Part shown: piece after piece, positions 9,592 through 18,914 of the stretch | Numbering within the stretch: position 1 is the stretch's first letter | How the letters are laid out: each line of letters starts with the position of its first letter | Assembly: GCA_047601445.1 (NCBI GenBank) | Contig: JASGJH010000001.1 | Coordinates: 1,568,001-1,632,000, forward strand | Reading direction: 5' to 3' | Source: Myxococcales bacterium | Lineage (GTDB): Bacteria; Myxococcota_A; Polyangia; Polyangiales; DASUME01 | DNA: 64,000 bases | Notes under the pieces: model-generated | The model's database searches: none | What the model was told of the DNA's origin: nothing | Seen by the model: only the letters and a program-made list of their open reading frames with translations | Program-made: the position numbers and the translations under genes

Positions 9592-10215
9592 ATGCCCAAA
9601 GCCTCGTTGCGCTACGTGACCCTGAGCGCGCTTGCCCTCGTGTGCGCCTGCGGTGACGATCCCGATCCGGCCGCGACCCCCGATGACGACATGGGGGCCG
9701 AGAAGGTTCCGGCCGTCCTCACCTTCGACCCTCGCATGGTCACGCAGCCCCACCAGGGCACGCCGACCCCAGGCGACGGCGACCAAGCTCCGAATCCGGG
9801 CGACGGCGATGGGGACGGCGATGGCGATGGCGATGGCGACGCGGGCCTGCCCGTCGCGACCTACAGCTGCCAGGGCATCTCCACGCCTTGTAGCCTGCTG
9901 AGCAAATACCAGTGCGGCACAGCCAGCGGCTGTACTTACAACGAAGACTGCACGGGCGTCGGCAAGTCCTGCTTCAACCAGATCTCCACGTACACCTGCG
10001 GCGACATCGACGGTTGCTATTGGTCCGGCTCGACCTCCTCCGGCTATTGCGCGGGCTCCTCGCGCAGTTGCTCTCTCTATTCGGACTCCTACGGCTGCAC
10101 CGACCACGGTTGCACCTGGGACGAGGGCTGCTCCGGCGTCTCGACGCTCTGCTCCGGCCTGCCAACCCAGCTCACCTGTCTCAATCAGCCCGGCTGCAGC
10201 TGGGAGCGAGATTGA
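9592..10215 (+). CDS. Cys-rich repeat lipoprotein with GD repeat
   Basis: Lipobox-like LVCAC, (GD)7 linker and four C-x-G-x4-C-x7/8-C-x3/4-GC-x-W/Y repeats. Confidence 0.8.
   Translation: MPKASLRYVTLSALALVCACGDDPDPAATPDDDMGAEKVPAVLTFDPRMVTQPHQGTPTPGDGDQAPNPGDGDGDGDGDGDGDAGLPVATYSCQGISTPCSLLSKYQCGTASGCTYNEDCTGVGKSCFNQISTYTCGDIDGCYWSGSTSSGYCAGSSRSCSLYSDSYGCTDHGCTWDEGCSGVSTLCSGLPTQLTCLNQPGCSWERD
9799..9840 (+). repeat. Hexanucleotide repeat encoding (Gly-Asp)7
   Basis: GGCGAC GGCGAT GGGGAC GGCGAT GGCGAT GGCGAT GGCGAC. Confidence 0.85.
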
Positions 10216-10217
10216 TC

Positions 10218-12956
10218 ATGCCGACGAACCGATGGCCCTCCCTCGCGTGGCTCGGCCTCGCGCTCGCTGCCTGCCTCTCGGCGTGCAGCAATCCGCCCTC
10301 CAAGGCCTCCGTGGCAGGCGACGGCGACGCTCCCGGATCCAACGAGAATTACGCCTCGTGCAAGCGCTCCGACCAGTGTGAGTCCGGATACTGCCTCGAG
10401 GTGGGCGACGACCGACGCGTGTGCACCAAGGGCTGCGACGAACGGCGCGACTGTCCTTCCGGCGAAAACTGGGTGTGCGGCACCACCCGCGAGCTCGACG
10501 ACTCGCTCTGCCTCTGCCTGGCCGATGGGCCCGAACGGTGCGGCGACGGCATCGACAACGACTGCAACGGCAAGACCGACGATTGCTTGCTGTGCGATGG
10601 TCGCCAGTTCCCGCCCAACAACCGCGAGCACTGTGGTGAGTGCGGCAACACGTGCAAGGTTGGCACGAGCTGCAAGGCCGGCCAGTGCTTGTGCGAAGAC
10701 GGCTCGCCCCCCAACAGCTGCACCAGCGCGGACACGCCGGAGTGTGAAAACGACGGTCACTGCTACGACCGCAACGACTGCACGCGCGACCGCTGTGTGG
10801 CCGGAAGCTGCCAACACACGCTCGCCTTCAACCCCTGTGAGGCCGGCGAGAGCTGCGACCTGGTCACGGGACGCTGCGAACTGGGCTCGGCTTGCTTCAA
10901 GGACGCCGACTGCGGGGACCGCAACGCCTGCACGGCCAACGAGCGCTGCGACCCTGCCCTGCGCGTATGCGTATGGACCACCCTCGACGGCGACCACGAC
11001 GGCGAAGCGCCGCTGATCTGCGGCGGCACCGACTGCGACGACAGCAACGGGATCGCCGGACGCACGCGCCTCGAGATGTGCGACGGCATCGACAACGACT
11101 GTGACAACACGATCGATGGCTTCCTCGCCAGTGTCGACTGCGGAGAAGGCCACCAGTGCTCCGACGGCACGTGCGAGTGTTTGCCTGGTCTTGTGGAGTG
11201 CACGGCGGGCGCCTGCAGCGACCTCGACACTGATCCCCAACACTGCGGCACCTGCGGCCACGGCTGTCCCGCGGGCGCCTCCTGTGACGCGGGGAACTGC
11301 GTATGTCCCGCTGGCGGCGAGCTCTGCGACGGCGCTTGCCAGCTTCCGGATTGGTTCGCGAGCAACGCGTTGCACTGCGGCGACTGCGCCCATGCATGCT
11401 CCGGCGGGCAGACCTGTCAGGCCGGTGCGTGTGCCTGTCCCGGCGGCCTAACGATGTGCAACGGGGTCTGCACCAACACCTCGACCGACATCCATCACTG
11501 TGGTGGCTGCGGCGAGCCCTGCGATGCGAGCGCCGTGGGCTGCGCGGGTGGAGTCTGCCAGTGTCCGCATCAGAGTGACCTGTTATGCGGCGACAAGTGC
11601 GTGAGCTCGGATCACCCGCTGAGCTGCGGCGCGTGCGACACGGCCTGCGCTATCTGCGGAGTCGACCAGTGCATCGGAGCATCCAAGCTCTTCGTGGGCT
11701 TCGGGGGAAGCTGCGCTCTGATGAGCAATGGAGAGCTCTATTGCTGGGGTGGTTTCTCCACCGTGCACCCGCGGCCCACACGCATCGACCTTCCCAATGG
11801 CAGCGCGCTCTCGAACGTGGTGGATGTGGTCTTTGGCTGGGCCCACGCGTGCGCACGCACGAGCGGGAATGAGGCCTATTGCTGGGGCTTCAACGACTAC
11901 GGTGAGCTCGGAAATGGATCGACCACGAGTGCGGAGAGCGCCCAACATGTAGAAATCAGCGCTGGCAAGGCGCTATCCAATGTAGCGGAGCTCGCGGCGG
12001 GCGACGACGTCACCTGCGCGCGGCTCAGCTCGGGCGAGGCCTACTGCTGGGGTTACTACTGGCCGGGCAACGGCAGCAACACTCCCCAGAGCCGGCCCGT
12101 GCGAGTGGAGACGGATGCGAACGTCGCACTCGCCGGCATCAACAGGGTCTTCATGGGCCCCAGAAATGGCTGCGCGGTACTCCAGAGCGGGCAGCTGTAT
12201 TGCTGGGGCGAAAACTCCTACGGCACCGTCGGCGACGGCAGCACCACCACCCGCATGCGTCCCGTGCGCGTCGAGACCGATGTGGGCGTGCCGCTCGCTG
12301 GCGTGGCGGAAGTGGCCGTCGGCAGCCTTCATGCATGTGCACGGCTGAATACCAACGAGGTCTACTGCTGGGGCAACAACGTCAATGGCGAGCTCGGCAA
12401 CGGCAGCACTTCCCAGGCCAACCGCCCTGTGCGCGTGGAGACCATCGCGGGCACCGCGCTCGCCAACGTGGCTGCCATCGCCGTGGGTGATTCTACGAGC
12501 TGTGCCCGTCTCGCCAATGGCGAGATCTATTGCTGGGGCGACAACACGTACGGCATCGCGGGCGCCAACCCGGGACCGACCGTGTCGCGGCCTCAGCGCC
12601 TGGGAGCCAACCTCAATCGGCCCTTCCTCGCGGCGTCGAAGCCCGGGTTCGCCTCCAGCGGCACGGGCCTCGAGAGTGCCTGCGCTCTGCCGTCCGGCGC
12701 GAATCCAACCCTGGCGTGTTGGGGTTACGGAGCAAGCGGACTACTCGGGATCGGTCAGGTCACGTTTTCGCCGCAGCCGACGTACATCAACGGTCCGCTC
12801 GTAAGCGTGTCGTCCTTTGGACTCGGCTACGGCTACGCGTGCGCCCTTTTGAGCAACGGTCTCGTCTACTGCTGGGGAGGCAACCTGAGTGGTGAGCTCG
12901 GCACGGGCAGCAGTGCAACCAACGCCTCGACCCCCCAGCTCGTGCTCTGGCCCTGA
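10218..12956 (+). CDS. Large Cys-rich surface lipoprotein with metal-binding/Stig1-like repeats and C-terminal RCC1-like beta-propeller
   Basis: Start ATG 10218 immediately after the upstream stop; lipobox LSAC; two E.C.DG.DNDC motifs; repeated HCG.C...C units; about seven (H)ACA...G..YCWG.N..G.LG.G repeats. Confidence 0.85.
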   Translation: MPTNRWPSLAWLGLALAACLSACSNPPSKASVAGDGDAPGSNENYASCKRSDQCESGYCLEVGDDRRVCTKGCDERRDCPSGENWVCGTTRELDDSLCLCLADGPERCGDGIDNDCNGKTDDCLLCDGRQFPPNNREHCGECGNTCKVGTSCKAGQCLCEDGSPPNSCTSADTPECENDGHCYDRNDCTRDRCVAGSCQHTLAFNPCEAGESCDLVTGRCELGSACFKDADCGDRNACTANERCDPALRVCVWTTLDGDHDGEAPLICGGTDCDDSNGIAGRTRLEMCDGIDNDCDNTIDGFLASVDCGEGHQCSDGTCECLPGLVECTAGACSDLDTDPQHCGTCGHGCPAGASCDAGNCVCPAGGELCDGACQLPDWFASNALHCGDCAHACSGGQTCQAGACACPGGLTMCNGVCTNTSTDIHHCGGCGEPCDASAVGCAGGVCQCPHQSDLLCGDKCVSSDHPLSCGACDTACAICGVDQCIGASKLFVGFGGSCALMSNGELYCWGGFSTVHPRPTRIDLPNGSALSNVVDVVFGWAHACARTSGNEAYCWGFNDYGELGNGSTTSAESAQHVEISAGKALSNVAELAAGDDVTCARLSSGEAYCWGYYWPGNGSNTPQSRPVRVETDANVALAGINRVFMGPRNGCAVLQSGQLYCWGENSYGTVGDGSTTTRMRPVRVETDVGVPLAGVAEVAVGSLHACARLNTNEVYCWGNNVNGELGNGSTSQANRPVRVETIAGTALANVAAIAVGDSTSCARLANGEIYCWGDNTYGIAGANPGPTVSRPQRLGANLNRPFLAASKPGFASSGTGLESACALPSGANPTLACWGYGASGLLGIGQVTFSPQPTYINGPLVSVSSFGLGYGYACALLSNGLVYCWGGNLSGELGTGSSATNASTPQLVLWP

Positions 12957-12963
12957 GCGCCCT

Positions 12964-13377
12964 CTAGGAGCGCACTTCGATCTTCATCTCGCCGGCCTGG
13001 AGCGCGCGCACCACCTTGAGCGCTTCCTCGCGACTGTCGTACAGGCGCGTCGGCGAGTGCAGCTTCATGTTGTAGAGGCGCGCGGCGGTGCGCTGGAACG
13101 AGTCGCCACCGTAGCGCACCACCGTGATGGCGCAGGTGTCCACTACGCGACGCATCTGCTCGGCGTAGAACTCGTTCTCTCGCAGGTTCACCGAGAAGCC
13201 ATCGTAGTTCACCACGTAGTAGACCTTCCGTCCGCCGCAGTGTTCGCGCCAGAAGGCGAGCACGCGATCGAAGTGCTCTCGAATCTGCGTCTGGCTATCG
13301 AGGTGGACTTTGGGAAAGGTGACGTGGATGACGTTTTCTTGGGCGTCGTACTTCTGAAAGAACGTCGGCGCGGACAT
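12964..13377 (-). CDS. Hypothetical protein, STAS/SpoIIAA-like fold
   Basis: Strong codon bias; alternating beta/alpha pattern ending in 'LYDSREEALKVV', typical of STAS/SEC14-like small proteins. Confidence 0.65.
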   Translation of the reverse strand: MSAPTFFQKYDAQENVIHVTFPKVHLDSQTQIREHFDRVLAFWREHCGGRKVYYVVNYDGFSVNLRENEFYAEQMRRVVDTCAITVVRYGGDSFQRTAARLYNMKLHSPTRLYDSREEALKVVRALQAGEMKIEVRS

Positions 13378-13535
13378 GATGACTGCGACTCTACCGAGCG
13401 ACGCAAAAGCGGGTCAAAGGACAGGCGCGCCCGCCTCCGCACAACGACTTCGCGAAGGCATGCTCTTGACCCAAAGGAGGTGCCCGCGCCCTTGCTGCGC
13501 TGGATGTGGGAGCACGGAGCCTTCGTCTCCCACGC

Positions 13536-14159
13536 TCAAAAGCGCGAGATGCGCGGCACGAACGCCTCACCGCAGGCCGGACACTGAAACGCGCCGTCCT
13601 CGGGCAACTGCAAAAACTGGAGTGGCTGCACATGGCAGAGCGGACACGGGAAAGCGGCCGCCACGTACTTGCGCTCGTTGCGCGGGCACGCCTCCGGGAC
13701 CTGCCAGACGCCAACGGCCGGCATCGGCACGCCAGCCTGAGCGCCATGCAAGCGCGTCACCTCTCGCACGATCACGTCTACGCGATCGCTCGCCGGGACG
13801 ATCCACAGTGCCCGCCAGCTGAGCTCGGGAAACGGCATGCCCAGGCCCGCGCGCTCGATCACAGCGACGCAGGGCTCGGTGACACGGCTCAACCCCGCGA
13901 GCCGCATCAGCTGCTGAAGCACTTGTCCGGCCGAGCTGAAGTCATGGCGTTCGTGGTGCGAGCGCGCTGCGTGCCACAGCTCGAAGCTCCCAGCTCGAAT
14001 CTCCACGTCGCACGGCGTCGCCGCAATCTGCGCGGCCAGCTTGACCGCTGCCACCTCGACCGGTGGACGCAGGCTACCTGCGAGGACAGAGCTGATCCGT
14101 GCCCAGGTCTCCTCGGGCGCGCTCAACTCCGTTGTTGCCGTCGCAACTCGGTCCGTCAT
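13536..14159 (-). CDS. Hypothetical protein with C-terminal zinc-ribbon-like motif
   Basis: CPLC...CPACG near the C-terminus; GGAGG upstream of the start. Confidence 0.55.
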   Translation of the reverse strand: MTDRVATATTELSAPEETWARISSVLAGSLRPPVEVAAVKLAAQIAATPCDVEIRAGSFELWHAARSHHERHDFSSAGQVLQQLMRLAGLSRVTEPCVAVIERAGLGMPFPELSWRALWIVPASDRVDVIVREVTRLHGAQAGVPMPAVGVWQVPEACPRNERKYVAAAFPCPLCHVQPLQFLQLPEDGAFQCPACGEAFVPRISRF

Positions 14160-14394
14160 GCATGCCTCCGCAGCAACGCTCAGATATCTCTTCTGTGCGC
14201 GCAGACGGAAGCTTCGTCAACCGGCCACGGCAGCGAACCCCGCCTTTTTTTTCGCGCGGCGACCGCAGTGTTTCGGCCCTGTTTTTGGGCGCTTTCGACC
14301 CTGCAGTCGGAGTGCGTCGCGTCGCCTGGGAGACGGCGCCGCGCGGCCGCAACACTCGCCTCGTGGGGGCACGGCGCGCGCGACCTCTCGATCC

Positions 14395-14511
14395 TCAGCG
14401 GCCCTTTTGCTTGCTCGCCATCAATGCCTCGTGGGCGGCGTGCTTCTTGTCTTTCTGGGTGCGGGTGTGCTTCTTGAGCTTGTCCTTCGACTTCGGCGAC
14501 TTGTCTCCCAT
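14395..14511 (-). CDS. 38-aa Lys-rich small basic protein (below ORF-track cutoff)
   Basis: Reads MGDKSPKSKDKLKKHTRTQKDKKHAAHEALMASKQKGR-TGA; GGAGGT RBS just upstream of the ATG; mostly AAG Lys codons. Confidence 0.75.
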   Translation of the reverse strand: MGDKSPKSKDKLKKHTRTQKDKKHAAHEALMASKQKGR

Positions 14512-14804
14512 CGGGCACCTCCATGCTCAGTGCACTGGAAAGTCTTCCACCATTCTTCGAAAGCACCAGCTCGGTCTGCTCGTTTTGTGCAGGCAGCTCG
14601 CACCCCCGTGACGGCTCGTGTCAGAACGCATGTTTTTCGCGGGCAAAGCGCCGGCGTCTGCCGAGGCTTGCGCGGGTGCGATAGCGATGTTCCTCGCTCT
14701 CCGCGAGCGCTTATCCGCCAGTGCGAGTCCGTTCAAGGGCACACGGTCTGCGCTGCACGAGCAAGGGCTAGCTCGTTCGCACGCGTCGTGGTTATCTGCA
14801 GGCC

Positions 14805-15485
14805 ATGTCGCGCTCGCGCTTCACTCGCTACACCCTGCGCACGTCCAGCCCGGACGCTGCGCGCCGCTTCTATGCCGCATTGCTCGGCCACGACCAGAGC
14901 GAGATTTTCCCCCTCCACGAGCAGGCGGTGGCCCGCGGAGCGCGTCCCCACTGGCTCGGTCAGATCGAGGTTGAAGACATCGAGCGCGCTGCCGACGCCT
15001 TCGTCGAGCGCGGTGCCACCCGCATGGGGCCCGTGGCCAGCTTCCCCGATGGACACCGCTTCACGGTGCTGCGCGATCCCGGTGGCGCCATCGTGGGCCT
15101 GGTGTCTGCGAGCAACTATCGCGAGCCCAACCAGGTCGTCTGGCACCAGCTCAACACGCACGCCTTCGCGAAGGTGAGCACGAGCTACGCGGAGTTGTTC
15201 GGGTGGCGCATGACCGTGCTCAAGGAGCACCCCCAGCACGGTGCGTTCCAGCACTTCCGCTGGCCTCACTCCGATCATGACTGCGGGGCCATCACCGACG
15301 TCACCGGCAAGGCTGGGCGGCATCCGCACTGGCTGTTCCAGTTCCGCGTGCCCGATCTCGCGCGCGCCATGGACCTGGTGCGCGCCGAAGGCGGCCTCGT
15401 GCTCGGCCCCTATGTGTGGCACGACGGCGAGCGTGTCGCGGTGTGTGACGATCCGCAGGGGGCCGCTTTCGCGCTGCGTGGTTGA
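14805..15485 (+). CDS. VOC/glyoxalase family protein (two-domain)
   Basis: AARRFYAALLG, HWLGQIEVEDIE, LRDPGGAIVGL, WHQL, YAELFGW, DDPQGAAFAL. Confidence 0.85.
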   Translation: MSRSRFTRYTLRTSSPDAARRFYAALLGHDQSEIFPLHEQAVARGARPHWLGQIEVEDIERAADAFVERGATRMGPVASFPDGHRFTVLRDPGGAIVGLVSASNYREPNQVVWHQLNTHAFAKVSTSYAELFGWRMTVLKEHPQHGAFQHFRWPHSDHDCGAITDVTGKAGRHPHWLFQFRVPDLARAMDLVRAEGGLVLGPYVWHDGERVAVCDDPQGAAFALRG

Positions 15486-15501
15486 TGCGTCCGTAGTTCG
15501 A

Positions 15502-16746
15502 CTAGGGTGCGCTGACCTTGGCCGATGCATGGGCTGGCCCTTGAGCGCTCACGATCCAGCCCGCTAACTCGAGGGCGCCAGCATCGTCCAGCACGTTGGC
15601 GTACGTGGGCATGGGGGTGCCGGGCAAGAAGGCCTCGGGATTTCGGATCCAGCGGGCGACCTCGGCCACATCCTTGCCAGCGGCTTGGGCGAGCTTCTCG
15701 TGGTAGCGGGCGCCCGCGCCGTGGCAGCCGCTACAGCCGAGCTCCTGGAACTTCGCGGCCGGCCCTCGCGCGGTGCCCTTCGCCCGAGACGCCGCCTTGG
15801 CGACGCGGCCCGGCACCTCGTTGACCTTCGCAGGCAATGAACGGAGATAGAGGAACAGCGCATCGAGCTCCTCCTCCCGCGCACCCCGGAAGCGCGGCAT
15901 CGGATAGCCCACCGCGGTGCCGTCGGGACGGATGCCCTCGCGCAGCGCGCGAACGAACTCGTCGCGCGTCCAGCGACCGATGCCCGTGCTCGGATCCTTG
16001 GTGAGGTTGGGCGAGTACACCGCGTGGCCCTCGGCATCCACCATGTCGGCGCCGCCCGCATAGGCATCGGGGCCGCTCAGCTTGTCAGGGTCCATGCCTG
16101 CGGTGTGACAGTCGCCGCACTGGTAGACCGAGTCCGCGAGGTAGCGACCGTAGGCCACGCTGGCGGCGGGCGCCGGTGCCTGGATGCCCGAGCTCGGTCG
16201 CTCCGCCGGGCTCAGCATGCCCGCAGCGAATAGCGCGGCCTTGCCGGCCAAGCTGAGTTCGGAGCGTGGAGCAGGCCGCGGGTCCGGGGCGAACAGCGCG
16301 TCGTCCGTGCGCAAGAACCCGATCACGGCGGCAAGGTCGGCGTCGCTCATGCCATAGGTCGGCATGGGCCCGAGATGCCCGTCACGATTGACGCCGAAGC
16401 GCACCATGCGCGCGATGGCCCCATCGTCGAGCTTACCAATCCCCGCCTGTGGATCCGAGGTCAGGTTGGCGGCGTAGAACCTGCCGAGCCACGCCGGTAC
16501 CTCCGCCATCAGCGCCCCGGAGGCCCGGGTGGCGAACGCAGGCCGATGACACACCTCGCAGCTCGCGTGGAAGATGGCCGCTCCCCGAGCGATGCCCTCC
16601 GGCGACGCGTCGGCCCGGATATCGGGGAATGGCAGGTCGTGGGTGCGCCCAGCCTGGTAAGCGGCCGCCACGAACACCCCCGCCAATGCCAGGCAGACGA
16701 GGCCGAGCACGCTGGCTACAATCCGAAATACTTTGCGCAGCTTCAT
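15502..16746 (-). CDS. Membrane-anchored triheme c-type cytochrome
   Basis: N-terminal TM helix; CEVCH, CGDCH, CSGCH; repeated NLT.D...GIG...R.G...DG...MP units. Confidence 0.9.
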   Translation of the reverse strand: MKLRKVFRIVASVLGLVCLALAGVFVAAAYQAGRTHDLPFPDIRADASPEGIARGAAIFHASCEVCHRPAFATRASGALMAEVPAWLGRFYAANLTSDPQAGIGKLDDGAIARMVRFGVNRDGHLGPMPTYGMSDADLAAVIGFLRTDDALFAPDPRPAPRSELSLAGKAALFAAGMLSPAERPSSGIQAPAPAASVAYGRYLADSVYQCGDCHTAGMDPDKLSGPDAYAGGADMVDAEGHAVYSPNLTKDPSTGIGRWTRDEFVRALREGIRPDGTAVGYPMPRFRGAREEELDALFLYLRSLPAKVNEVPGRVAKAASRAKGTARGPAAKFQELGCSGCHGAGARYHEKLAQAAGKDVAEVARWIRNPEAFLPGTPMPTYANVLDDAGALELAGWIVSAQGPAHASAKVSAP

Positions 16747-16795
16747 GAAATTCCTCGCGCTTCTCTACGCCCTGGCCGGGGCGTCCCTTGTGACC

Positions 16796-16828
16796 TCGGA
16801 CGCCAAGAGATCGGTTTCGGGCGCCAAG
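16796..16828. promoter_or_regulatory. Direct repeats at 21-bp spacing, candidate AraC-type binding site
   Basis: TCGGACGCCAAG (16796) and TCGGGCGCCAAG (16817) upstream of the cytochrome c gene. Confidence 0.5.
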
Positions 16829-16842
16829 CGCGCGGACCTCGT

Positions 16843-17854
16843 GATGAACAGCATCGTGCGAGGCCTGTTGGACTTCGCAGAGAGCCGCGGCGTCGTGCGC
16901 GCGGACTTCCTGTCGCGGATTGGCCTCGAGCCCTCCGACCTGGAGGATCAAGACGGCTTCGTCCCGCTCGAGGCCTACGCGCGCGCCTGGGAGTTCCTCG
17001 ATGCCCAGGCCGGTCACGAAGAGCTCGGGCTGGCGCTCGTTGGCGCAGCCTCCCTGCATGCGCTCGGTGCGCTGGGCTACGCCATGGTGCACGCCGAGAG
17101 CGCCCTGGCCGCACTCCTGTTGTTTCGTCGTCATCGCCGCTTGATGAGCGACTCCCTGGCCCCTGAAATCGACGTCGACGACTCCCAGGTAGTCTTCCAC
17201 CTGGTCTGGCCTGCGCGCTTCGCTCGCATCACGGCGCTGGCCGACCAGGCCCTCGCCGGTCCCATCCACGTGATGCGAGCTCTCACCAAGCTGCCCGAGA
17301 GCGTGCCTCTGGCACTCGAGGCTTGGTATCAGGGTCCGCGCCCAGCCGGCATGGACCGTGCGCAAGCCCTCGGCTGCAAGGTGCGCTACGGCGCCCCCGA
17401 GATGCGGCTCGTGCTACGCAGGGAGCCCCTCGAAGCCGCGCTGCCACGTCACGACCCGGAGCTGTTCCGCTACCTCTCACGCCACACCGAGGCCATCGCC
17501 GCCCGCGTACCCCAGACCGCGCCGACGCGTGATTTGGTGCGACGCGCGCTGGTCGAATCGTTGCGCCAGGGCGAGCCCATTCAAGCGGACGTCGGCCGCA
17601 AGCTCGGCCTAAGCGAGCGCACTCTGCAGCGCCGGCTGCGTGACGAGGACACTACCTTCGCCGCGATCCTCGACGACCTGCGCCGCGAGCTCGCGCAGCT
17701 CTACCTGGCCAGCCCGGACGTCAGCTTGCACGAGGTGGCCTTCTTGCTCGGCTACTCGGAGCCGAGCGCCTTCCACCGCGCCTTTCGGCGCTGGACCGGG
17801 CTTACTCCACAGGCCTTCCGACGTTCCGGAGCCCTTCGAGAACCCGCAGGTTGA
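16843..17854 (+). CDS. AraC family transcriptional regulator (OruR/VqsM-like)
   Basis: N-terminal ligand domain (LGALGYAM) and C-terminal LGLSERTLQRRL...EVAFLLGYSEPSAFHRAFRRWTGLTP. Start uncertain: the in-frame ATG near 16843-16844 is preferred over starts overlapping the divergent gene. Confidence 0.88.
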
Positions 17855-18048
17855 CCTCGACTTGGCGGTGACGCGGGCTTGGACGGCGGGCGGCGGCCGC
17901 GAGTGTCCCCTAGTGGTTTCCACTTTCATTCTAGTTCGGGCGCAAGCCTTCGAACGTGACCGGCCTCGCCGGACGCGACCTGCGCAACCAGCCGTTTAAA
18001 GACACTTTTCCCGCATTCACAGTTGCCCTCGGCAGCGCCGCGTGCAAA

Positions 18049-18071
18049 TTGAACGTGGTTTTCATTTTCAT
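18049..18071. promoter_or_regulatory. Fur-box-like element upstream of exbB
   Basis: GTGGTTTTCATTTTCAT at 18055-18071 (reverse complement ATGAAAATGAAAACCAC); near-copy GTGGTTTCCACTTTCAT at 17913-17929. Confidence 0.55.
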
Positions 18072-18161
18072 AACTGGTGCCCGTTGTCAAGGCGCTGGGG
18101 CTGCACTGTGGCTCGCGGGTTGCGGCAGCGAAGGCGACTTCAAACTCACGGGAGACGTCTG

Positions 18162-18911
18162 GTGATCGAACATCTTACTCACGTCATGGTCAGCTCGGGG
18201 GCGGCCTGGGTCCTCTGGCTCTTGTTCAGCTTGAGCTTCGTCTCCGTCGCGGTGGCCGTGGAGCGGGCGCTCGCGTTTCGCCGCACCGGCGGCAACCTCA
18301 CCGTGCTGGTGCCCGAGCTACGCAAGCTGCTTCGCATCGACGCCCATGACCGCGCGAAACAGCTGCTCGATCAGGACGACAGCGTCGAGGCACGCGTGGT
18401 GGCCGCCGGCCTGTCCGAGAGCGACCTCGGCTCCGCTGCCGCCGAAGAAGCCATGGCTGCCGCGATGGGCCTCGAGCGCAAGCGCCTGGAGAAGCGCTTG
18501 TTGTTCCTCGGGACGGTGGGCAACAACGCGCCCTTCATCGGCCTCCTGGGAACCGTGATCGGCGTGGTGGGAGCCTTCGAAGAGCTCGGTAAACCCCAGG
18601 CCATGACCAGCGCGATGGGCACGGCGGCGGCCCTGGCCCCAGAGCGCGTGATGGGCACCATCGCCGAAGCGTTGGTTGCGACCGCGGTGGGCCTGGTGGT
18701 GGCGATCCCTGCGGTGGCAGTCTTCAACTATTTCCAGGGGCGCGTGACGGCTGCCATCGCCGACGCGGAGACGCTGGGCCACGTGCTGTTGGCGCACCTG
18801 CGAGCGGAGCACGATCCTGCGTTACGGCACGCTCAGAGCAAGCAGCTCGCCCAGCAGCAACACCAACCAAGCGCGAGCGAAGGCCGCGTCATCGAGAGTC
18901 CCGCGGAGTGA
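18162..18911 (+). CDS. exbB: MotA/TolQ/ExbB proton channel family protein
   Basis: LGTVGNNAPFIGLLGTVIGV...IAEALVATAVGLVVAIPAV..FNYF; GTG start 18162 after GGAGA. Confidence 0.9.
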   Translation: MIEHLTHVMVSSGAAWVLWLLFSLSFVSVAVAVERALAFRRTGGNLTVLVPELRKLLRIDAHDRAKQLLDQDDSVEARVVAAGLSESDLGSAAAEEAMAAAMGLERKRLEKRLLFLGTVGNNAPFIGLLGTVIGVVGAFEELGKPQAMTSAMGTAAALAPERVMGTIAEALVATAVGLVVAIPAVAVFNYFQGRVTAAIADAETLGHVLLAHLRAEHDPALRHAQSKQLAQQQHQPSASEGRVIESPAE

Positions 18912-18914
18912 GCC

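Noticed and set aside
9912..10217. N-terminal extension of the RCC1-repeat protein to 9912
   Set aside because: It overlaps the upstream lipoprotein and is low-complexity Arg/Leu. The signal peptide and lipobox begin at ATG 10218.
14229..14252. T8 tract as an intrinsic terminator of a plus-strand sRNA
   Set aside because: The preceding stem is only 3-4 bp and no plus-strand transcript is evident.
16733..16842. Head-to-head overlapping start codons (CATG) of the cytochrome c and AraC genes
   Set aside because: This would leave no room for promoters. AraC homology begins near 16843, and the intervening DNA carries an RBS and direct repeats.
17855..18160. Cobalamin riboswitch upstream of exbB
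   Set aside because: I could not recognise a B12-box or conserved core. Fur-like boxes explain the region better.
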